Part shown: piece by piece, positions 15,366-21,568 of the stretch
Position numbering within the stretch: the first letter of the stretch is position 1
How the letters are laid out: each line of letters begins with the position of its first letter
NCBI GenBank assembly: GCA_041855725.1
Contig: JBHAES010000006.1
Location: forward strand, 1-21,568
From: Actinomycetota bacterium
Lineage (GTDB): Bacteria > Actinomycetota > Actinomycetes > Propionibacteriales > Propionibacteriaceae
DNA length: 21,568 nucleotides
Reading direction: 5' to 3'
The notes under the pieces: generated by a model
The model's database searches: none
What the model saw: the letters and a program-made list of their open reading frames with translations, nothing else
Told to the model about the DNA's origin: nothing
Program-made: the position numbers and the translations under genes

Positions 15366-16595
15366 ATGGACTTCACCTCACTACGTGTCATGGGTGCGGC
15401 CACCGTGGTGGCGGCGCTGCTGTCGGTCAGCGGATGCTCCGGGTCCGCACTTCCCGCGTCGTCGGGCAACCCCGACCCGGACGCGACGTTCTCCAGGAAG
15501 GACTCCACCGAGACGCCGGAGGCCAGCCCGCGCATCGTGGTCGGTACCGAGACGGGCGTCACCGTGCTCGACGAGCACCTGCACGAGGTCGGCGCGTTCA
15601 CCACCAAGGCGCGACCCTCGTTGACCGTGGCCCACGACGGGAGGCGGGTGCTGGCGGTGCAGAGCAAGTCGAACACGGTGCAGGTCGTCGACGCCGGCTC
15701 GTACGCCCGCAAGCACGGCAACCACTACCACTACTACACGACGGCGCCGGCCATGGCCGAGAAGGCGATCGAGGGCGGCAAGCCCGTGCACGTGGTGCCG
15801 AACGTCGCGGCCCAGACGACGGCGGTGTTCTTCGACGCCGACGGCTCCGCGAAGCTGCTCGACACCAAGGCGCTCGACTCCGGCGCGTACGACGCCGCGC
15901 CCACGGTGAGCACCCGCGGACCCCAGCACGGCGTGGTCGTGCCGCTGCCCGACGGCAAGCGCCTCGTCAGCCAGCCTGGCGACGAGGGCACCCTGCCCGA
16001 CACCATCGAGCTGCAGGACTCCGCCGGCACGGTCTCGCAGACCTACCAGTGCGCCGACATGCACGGCGAGGTCGCCGTCGGCACGACCGCGGCGTTCGGC
16101 TGCGGTGACTCGGTGCTGGTCGTACGCGACGGCAAGGCCACCGTCGTCAGCGTGCCCGCCGGCGACGACCGGGTCGGCGGCATCAGCGCCGACGCGAAGG
16201 CGGAGAACTTCGTGGGCGACTGGGGAACCACCTCGCTGCTGTTCGTCACCGGTGACCGGGCCTCGGTGGTCGACATCGGGGTCGAGTACGGCAACCGAGC
16301 CGTCACCCCCGACGGCGGCGTCGTGGTGCTCGGCACCGACGGGGTGCTCCGCCGCTACGACATGACGGGCAAGGAGCAGCAGCGCGTCACCGTCACCCAG
16401 CCCTGGACGCTGCCGAAGGGGCACGGCGCCACCATGCCCAACCTCGCCGCCGGGACGCTCAAGGGCGCGCCCACCGTGTGGGTCACCGAGCCCGCCGCCG
16501 GCAAGGTCCACGCCGTCGACCTCACCACGTCGACGGTGACCTCCGCCGACGTCGCCGGGCAGCCCGCCTCGCTGGCGGTCACGAACGCACGCTGA
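15366..16595 (+). CDS. Secreted lipoprotein, probable beta-propeller-like fold, with a His-rich HGNHYHYY motif (possible metal site); function unknown
   Basis: The signal peptide with lipobox is MDFTSLRVMGAATVVAALLSVSGC. The composition is Thr/Asp/Val/Gly-rich with repeated beta-strand-like segments, and the motif ARKHGNHYHYYTTAP is present. The start could be GTG 15360 or ATG 15390. A possible leaderless promoter TTGCTA-N17-TACGCT lies at 15329-15357. Confidence 0.7.
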   Translation: MDFTSLRVMGAATVVAALLSVSGCSGSALPASSGNPDPDATFSRKDSTETPEASPRIVVGTETGVTVLDEHLHEVGAFTTKARPSLTVAHDGRRVLAVQSKSNTVQVVDAGSYARKHGNHYHYYTTAPAMAEKAIEGGKPVHVVPNVAAQTTAVFFDADGSAKLLDTKALDSGAYDAAPTVSTRGPQHGVVVPLPDGKRLVSQPGDEGTLPDTIELQDSAGTVSQTYQCADMHGEVAVGTTAAFGCGDSVLVVRDGKATVVSVPAGDDRVGGISADAKAENFVGDWGTTSLLFVTGDRASVVDIGVEYGNRAVTPDGGVVVLGTDGVLRRYDMTGKEQQRVTVTQPWTLPKGHGATMPNLAAGTLKGAPTVWVTEPAAGKVHAVDLTTSTVTSADVAGQPASLAVTNAR

Positions 16596-16652
16596 CCAGG
16601 CGGTACGAGGGGAGGGGCGGAGCCGCTGACGGCCTGCTCCTCCCCTTGTGCC

Positions 16653-17642
16653 GTGCGCCGGGGCGGCAGCGGTTCCGGTCACGGCCGCACGAGCCTCGGA
16701 CCCCCACCGCCGTCCCCGGCCGGGCGAGATGCCCGTACGGACCGGTACGCGGCAGGGCCCCGACGCCCCGCCGCCGCTGCGGTGCTTCCCCTGCACGGTA
16801 GCGTGAGACCCACGATCGCTGAACGGGGGAGGCGGTCCGGCTTGGGAAGGGAGGCCCGATTGTCCAGGGTGCGCGCGGGCCGCGTCCCCACCGGGCCCAC
16901 CGCCCACGACGCGCGTCGCGTGGGGCTGCGCCTGCTCGTGGTGCTCGGCACGGAGCTCGCCACGATCGCCTGCATGGTGGTGGCGCCGCAGCACCTCGAC
17001 CATCCGGTCGCCACCGCGCTGCTGCTCCTGTGCGGGGGCGCGTCGGCGTGGGCGTTCCTGTGGCTGGCCGCCGCGATCGTACGGGTCGTGCGCAAGGCCC
17101 TCCACAAGCGCCGCTACGACCGCGGGCACCGTACGCCCGACGAAGCCGCCGAGGCCCGCCGCCACGCCGACCTCGACGCCGCCCAGGACCATGCCCGGGC
17201 CCTCGCCCTCGCCCTGGCCACCGGGGCACCGTTCGACATCGGGAAGGTGTGGAACGTCACCCTCGAGCCCGGCGAGACCCCCTGCTGCGACACCCTCGGC
17301 GGCTACGCGCGGCGGCACGGCGTCGACGCCGCCGGACGCACCCATGCGTGGCTCGAGCAGCAGCGCACCCGGTACGTCGTCACCGACCGACGCATCATCG
17401 TGCGACGCGACGACGCCACCTGGCTCGACTTCTGGTACGAGACCGTACGCGCCGTCTACCCCCAGGTGCCCGACGGCAGGGTCGTGCTCGAGTTCAGCGA
17501 CTGCTCGCCGCTGCGCGTCGAGGGCCCGGCCGCAGCCGTCGCGGCCGTCGCCGTGGTCTGGTACCGCGACGGGCTCGAGGGCCTCGACGGCCACCCCGGG
17601 CTCGAGTTCCTCCACGCCGAGGGCACCCAGTTCCTGCAGTGA
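16653..17642 (+). CDS. Hypothetical membrane protein with two TM helices and a C-terminal bacterial-PH-like (bPH_2/DUF304-like) domain; true start probably internal
   Basis: The TM helices are LRLLVVLGTELATIACMVVAP and VATALLLLCGGASAWAFLWLAAAIVRVV. The C-terminal segment YVVTDRRIIVRRDDATWLDFWYETVRAVYP resembles the YdbS/YdbT membrane-flanked PH-domain core. The first ~70 residues of the ORF are Arg/Gly/Pro-rich and look non-coding. A later start, e.g. near 16868, is likely. Confidence 0.5.
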   Translation: MRRGGSGSGHGRTSLGPPPPSPAGRDARTDRYAAGPRRPAAAAVLPLHGSVRPTIAERGRRSGLGREARLSRVRAGRVPTGPTAHDARRVGLRLLVVLGTELATIACMVVAPQHLDHPVATALLLLCGGASAWAFLWLAAAIVRVVRKALHKRRYDRGHRTPDEAAEARRHADLDAAQDHARALALALATGAPFDIGKVWNVTLEPGETPCCDTLGGYARRHGVDAAGRTHAWLEQQRTRYVVTDRRIIVRRDDATWLDFWYETVRAVYPQVPDGRVVLEFSDCSPLRVEGPAAAVAAVAVVWYRDGLEGLDGHPGLEFLHAEGTQFLQ

Positions 17643-18260
17643 CCTCCCGGTGCGGCGCGTGACCTCCCCCAGCGGTGATGGCGCCACCGGGAGTGATGCT
17701 GCCGCGGGAGTGACGCGTCTCGGTGGCGTCCTGCTCGTCCGCGGGGCTGGGTCGCCGCCCGGGGCGTCGGTCCGGTACGGGACGCCGCCCGGCGCGGGCG
17801 TCGGGCGGGCGGCACCCTGATCCCTGCCCCAGGGACCACCTGCGTACGCCCACCGCATCTGCCCGGCTTCCTGGTCGCTGCTCGCGGCGGCCAGCCGCTG
17901 GGCGCATGGTCGGGACGCGTACGGCCAGACGGCGCGGAGGGCACCTCCTTGGGCCGTGGGAGCCCGCGCGGGGACAGAAACTGTCAGACCCCCGTGATGG
18001 AATACGACACATGATCGACATCATGGCATCGCTCCTAGCCAGGGCCTTGTTCCTATCCGCCATCGGCGGGTGGGGAGGTCGTGGCGCGAGCCCGGGCGGG
18101 CGCGCTGCTGGCAGCGGACCGTCGCGGTCCGCGGCACCCGGAGGCGGCCCCCGTCCTGCCACCGCGGGTGTCGTGAGCATGCTGGTGCGCTGGGTCGCCA
18201 GGCTCTGCCTCGCGGGCTGCCGGGCTGGGTGCCGGGGTCAGGCGTGGGCGGCTCGTGGGC

Positions 18261-18575
18261 CCCGGGTCGGTGGTCGGGTACGGAGCGGTCGGGTCGGGAG
18301 CGAGCTGGGTGGGAGCGAGCCCGGTGGGAACGGGCCGGTCGGGAGGGGGTGGGGCGGGAACGATCGAGTCGTGAACCATCGGGTCCCGACCGGCCGGGTG
18401 GAGAGTGGGCGCGTCGCGAGAGCCAGGAGCGGGTCGGCCGGGAACGAGCCTGCCAGGAACGGGCCGGTCGAGAGGGAACGGGCCCGAGACGATCGGGTCG
18501 AGAGCCATCGCGTCAGGAGCGGACGAGTCCGGCGCGGGCCAGCCGGGAACGGCTCGGCCGTCGGTGCGTCGGCGA
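18261..18575. repeat. Degenerate 15-bp tandem repeat (minisatellite), ~20 units, consensus about GGGAACGGGCCGGTC
   Basis: Cutting the sequence into 15-mers from 18261 gives units such as gggtcgggagcgagc, tgggtgggagcgagc, ccggtgggaacgggc, ggaacgagcctgcca, ggaacgggccggtcg, ggaacggctcggccg, all sharing one register. Every frame translates as pentapeptide periodicity (GRERA/GWERA/RWERA on +; TRPLS/TGPFP/AGSFP on -). Confidence 0.6.
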
Positions 18576-18592
18576 GGGTCGCCAAGGCGGGC

Positions 18593-18994
18593 TCAGCCGT
18601 GGGTCAGCAGGTCGAGCAGGGCCTCGGCGTAGGCGTCTTCCGGGTCGTCGGCCCGGGCGCGCCGGTTGGTGCCGGCGACGGCGTACGTGACGACCCACCG
18701 GCCCGCCTCGCGGTCGAGCGCCACGAAGGCGGGGCCGAGGGCCGTACGCAGCTGGTCTTCTCGCGGGAGCCACAGCACGTCGTCGGCCGGGATCGCGTCG
18801 AGCGCCCACTCCGTGGTGCCGTTGAACGTCACCACGGCGCGGCCGTGGTGGGTGTGCACCTCGATGGTCATCTCGGCCACGTGGAACACGTCGTCGTCCA
18901 TCCCGCGGTCGGGGATGCAGAACCGGTCCCCGCTCGTGGGCCGCCACGGCAGCCCGGCCCAGCGCAGGGCACGGGCGAGCTCGTGGCCGATCAC
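18593..18994 (-). CDS. Hypothetical protein (133 aa), no family recognised
   Basis: The ORF starts at GTG (plus 18992-18994) with a GAGG motif ~10 nt upstream and stops at plus 18593-18595. The composition is balanced and protein-like (MIGHELARALRWAGLPWRPTSGDRFCIPDRGMDDDVFHVAEMTIEVHTHHGRAVVTFNGTTEW...). The overlapping + frame is a Gly/Arg/Val-rich antisense artefact. Confidence 0.55.
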   Translation of the reverse strand: MIGHELARALRWAGLPWRPTSGDRFCIPDRGMDDDVFHVAEMTIEVHTHHGRAVVTFNGTTEWALDAIPADDVLWLPREDQLRTALGPAFVALDREAGRWVVTYAVAGTNRRARADDPEDAYAEALLDLLTHG

Positions 18995-19226
18995 GGCGCA
19001 CCTGCCTCAGGGAGCATCACGGTGGCCTGATCGTCGGTGGCTCCCGTGGGCGGGCGGTCTGGGACCGGTGGCCCGGGACTGGGTCCAGGACCTGGCGGCC
19101 CGGGGATCGGTGGCTCGGGACCCGGAGGTCTGAGGTCCGGCTCGGGGTCTGGTGGTCCGGGGTCGGGTCGGCTGAGGTACGGCCGGACGTGGCCTGTCGA
19201 CCGGGCCAGCCGTCGGGGCCACGACG

Positions 19227-19622
19227 TCAGGAGCACTGCTTGCTGAGCTCGTTGATCGGGCTCGGGGCCTTCTCGATCTGCTCCTTGACCGTGGGCGTGC
19301 AGATCTCCTGCGTCGAGACACCCTGGACCAGCGCGTGCCAGGTGCCGTCGTAGCGTACGAGCACGGCTTCGCCCGGCTCGCCGGTCTTGCCGTTGGCCGT
19401 GGTGTAGGTGTAAGTGGCCATCGCCCAGTCGTCGCCGGCGCACACGACGCGCCCGAGCTTGGCGTCGGTGCGGGTGAGCAGCCCCTGGGCGTCGGCGTCG
19501 CTGATGCAGCCGGTGAGCGTGGGCAGCGAGCTGGTGTCGCACCCCGCCAGCGCCAGCCCTGACAGCCCCAGCCAGACGGCGGCCGCCGTCGCTGTCGCGG
19601 CCCGGGTCACGTTCGAGAGCAT
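19227..19622 (-). CDS. Small lipoprotein (131 aa), function unknown
   Basis: The ATG on the minus strand sits at plus 19620-19622. The signal peptide plus lipobox is MLSNVTRAATATAAAVWLGLSGLALAGCDTSS. The mature part has 4 Cys (possible disulfides) and ends at stop 19227-19229. Confidence 0.65.
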   Translation of the reverse strand: MLSNVTRAATATAAAVWLGLSGLALAGCDTSSLPTLTGCISDADAQGLLTRTDAKLGRVVCAGDDWAMATYTYTTANGKTGEPGEAVLVRYDGTWHALVQGVSTQEICTPTVKEQIEKAPSPINELSKQCS

Positions 19623-19863
19623 GCTTCGAGCGTAGCCGCGCCTCCTATGACGCGGTCTCCTGCTCGGGCGCCCGTGCAAGCGGCGGCGGTGGCGCGGCCG
19701 AGGGCGCCCCCACCGCGGTGGCGTGCTCGCGCGCCCCACCGCGGCACAGGGGTGGACGCGCCTCACCCGTGCGGCCACCGTGCGCAGCACGAGGGCCACG
19801 GGGGTCGCGCAGCGTCCCGGGCCGGGTCCACGTCGGGCCGGTGACGGGATGCCCGTACGACGC

Positions 19864-21552
19864 TCAGCGGCCGGTGTTGATGACCGGGGTGGCCCGGGCC
19901 TCGCCGCAGAGCACGACGAGCAGGTTGGAGACCATCTCGGCCTTGCGCACCTCGTCGAGCTCCACGACCTGCTCGACCTCGAGGCGACGCAGCGCCGACT
20001 CGACCATGCCCACCGCGCCTTCGACGATCATCGATCGGGCCGCCAGCAGGGCCGCTGCCTGCTGCCGCTGGAGCATGGCCTGGGCGATCTCGGGGGCGTA
20101 CGCGAGCGCGGAGATGCGGGCCTCGACGATCTCGACGCCGGCGATCCGGACGCGGGCCGCGACCTCCTCGGCGAGCTCTTGGGCGATGAGGTCGGTGGAG
20201 CCGCGGAGCGTCTCGACGCCGGGTTCGCCGTTGTCGTACGGGTGGGTGGTCGCGATGTGGCGCAGCGCGGCCTCGGCCTGCACCTGCACGAAGCTCTCGT
20301 AGTCCTCGACGGCGAACAGCGAGCGGGCGGTGTCGGCGACCTGCCACACGATGATGGCGGCGATGGTGACGGGGTTGCCGTCGGCGTCGTTGACCTTGAG
20401 CTCGTGGGTCTCGAAGTTGCGGACCTTCACCGACACCTTGCGCTTGGTGGTGAACGGTATGGTCAGCTGGAGCCCGGTGCGCCGGATCGTGCCGGTGTAG
20501 CGGCCCAGGAGCTGGAGCACCTTCGTGTCGCCGGGCTGCACCACCGTGAGCGCCTGGCTGGCGAGCAGGCCCAGCGTCAGCAGCACCGCCCCCGGCACGG
20601 CGAGGAACGACTCGGCGGCGATGCCCGGCACCAGCAGCCCGAGCCCGCCGAGGATCAGTCCCAGCATCACCACCAGCGCCACCCCACCCGGGATCGACCA
20701 CGCGGGGTGCTCCGCGATGTGGTCCACGCCCCGCTCCTCGCCGGGCACGGACTGGGCGACCGCCGGGGTGGCGGTGTAGCCGTACGCGACCTCAGCGGGC
20801 TGAGGATCGGTCTGCACCAGGAGGGCCGGCGCGACGGCGGGTGCGAACCTGTCGGCGACCTGCGGCGCGGGGGCCACGTACGCAGTCGGCGCAGCCGGCT
20901 GGGCGGCGGGCGGGGACGTCGTGGCCTGGGCCGTGGCCGGACGGGCAGAACCCGTGGCCCCGGTCCCCGCCGCCGTGGCCGCCTGGACCACCGGCTCGGC
21001 CGTGGCCTGGGCCGCGGCCTGAGGGGTAGGGACCGCGGCGGAGGCTCGAGGCACAGAGCCGTCAGCCTCGGCGACCGGCTCAGCCGGGGGCTGAGGCCTG
21101 GTCTGCTGGGGCGTCCACTGCCGGGTGGCTGCGCGGGCGGCGGGCGGTGCCGAGAGCCCCTGGGCCGACCGTGGCTGCTGGGCCGCCGCCGCGGGCGCGA
21201 CCGGGTGGACCGGCGAGGCGGGCACCTCCGGTGAGACCGGCTTGGGGGGCGAGGCCTGCGAAGCGGTCGACGCAGGCTGCGGCGAGGCGGGCGCTGACGG
21301 CGACTGGTCCGGCGTGGCGACGGGCGAGACCGACGGGGAGACAGCAGCCGGGGAGGGGACGGCCACCGGGGAGGAGACGGTCGGGGAGGCAGCGTCCGAG
21401 GAGGCCTGCTGCGGGGTGACCGGTCGCGTCGGCGACGCCTGCGCCGGCGATCCGCCGTCCGATCCCCCGCGAGCCTGCTGGTCGACGCAGGGCCAGGTGG
21501 CGAGCGTACGGGTCGGCCGAGCCGGCGACATCGGCAGCCCGCGCGGCGCCAC
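19864..21552 (-). CDS. SPFH/band-7 (stomatin/prohibitin-like) domain membrane protein with a ~270-aa Pro/Ala/Ser/Thr-rich N-terminal region; N-terminus may extend beyond the window
   Basis: The C-terminal two thirds hold a TM region (VALVVMLGLILGGLGLLVPGIAAESFLAVPGAVLLTLGLLAS) followed by the SPFH core (VVQPGDTKVLQLLGRYTGTIRRTGLQLTIPFTTKRKVSVKVRNFETHELKVNDADGNPVTIAAIIVWQVAD...IAQELAEEVAARVRIAGVEIVEARISALAYAPEIAQAMLQRQQAAALLAARS). The first ATG in the frame lies 16 nt from the window edge, so the true start is uncertain. Confidence 0.75.
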   Translation of the reverse strand: MAPRGLPMSPARPTRTLATWPCVDQQARGGSDGGSPAQASPTRPVTPQQASSDAASPTVSSPVAVPSPAAVSPSVSPVATPDQSPSAPASPQPASTASQASPPKPVSPEVPASPVHPVAPAAAAQQPRSAQGLSAPPAARAATRQWTPQQTRPQPPAEPVAEADGSVPRASAAVPTPQAAAQATAEPVVQAATAAGTGATGSARPATAQATTSPPAAQPAAPTAYVAPAPQVADRFAPAVAPALLVQTDPQPAEVAYGYTATPAVAQSVPGEERGVDHIAEHPAWSIPGGVALVVMLGLILGGLGLLVPGIAAESFLAVPGAVLLTLGLLASQALTVVQPGDTKVLQLLGRYTGTIRRTGLQLTIPFTTKRKVSVKVRNFETHELKVNDADGNPVTIAAIIVWQVADTARSLFAVEDYESFVQVQAEAALRHIATTHPYDNGEPGVETLRGSTDLIAQELAEEVAARVRIAGVEIVEARISALAYAPEIAQAMLQRQQAAALLAARSMIVEGAVGMVESALRRLEVEQVVELDEVRKAEMVSNLLVVLCGEARATPVINTGR

Positions 21553-21568
21553 CGCCGACGAGTCGGCC

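Noticed and set aside
15381-17858. 825-aa ORF on the minus strand
   Set aside because: It is antisense to two convincing + strand genes (lipoprotein and membrane protein). Its composition is dominated by Arg/Gly/His/Val/Pro, typical of antisense frames in high-GC DNA.
17723-19030. 435-aa + strand ORF spanning the minisatellite and the minus-strand gene
   Set aside because: Its 3' half is antisense to a protein-like minus-strand ORF (18593-18994) and has V/G/R/H artefact composition. The 5' part is considered only as a low-probability possibility in the minisatellite finding.
19723-21234. 503-aa + strand ORF and 312-aa minus ORF 19763-20701
   Set aside because: They are antisense or alternate frame to the SPFH gene, whose frame is supported by the conserved SPFH core, and are Arg/Gly/Asp-rich.

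Overview
High-GC (~70%) actinobacterial-type chromosomal segment, dominated by a complete, co-oriented type I-E CRISPR-Cas locus on the + strand. Gene order is cas3, cse1 (cas8e), cse2, cas7e, cas5e, cas6e, cas1, cas2, then a short AT-richer leader and a 29-repeat / 28-spacer array (13473-15215) with a 29-bp repeat GTCCCTCCCCGCCATGCGGGGGTGAGCCC. Every junction from cse1 to cas2 overlaps by 1-7 nt (ATGA/TGATG type), so the genes are translationally coupled. Upstream of the locus lie the 3' end of a P1B heavy-metal P-type ATPase gene, a 365-bp C-rich repeat-containing spacer, and a coupled vWA-vWA-TPR (BatA/BatB/BatC-like) operon whose last gene carries perfect 24-bp and 51-bp tandem duplications. 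Between that operon and cas3 is a ~300-bp lower-GC region holding two decayed CRISPR-repeat-like elements, which I read as a remnant second array. It also holds CTAG-containing palindromes, which are rare in high-GC genomes. Downstream of the array are a secreted lipoprotein with an HGNHYHYY His-rich motif, a two-TM membrane protein with a bPH-like C-terminal domain, and a ~300-bp degenerate 15-bp minisatellite. On the minus strand are a small hypothetical protein, a lipoprotein, and an SPFH/band-7 protein with a long Pro/Ala/Ser/Thr-rich N-terminus. Many long ORFs in the six-frame track are antisense or repeat-driven artefacts typical of high-GC DNA. The CRISPR-Cas system itself is canonical. 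The more unusual items are the upstream array remnant, the CTAG-rich cas3 promoter region, the extended Cas2 C-terminus, and the 15-bp minisatellite.
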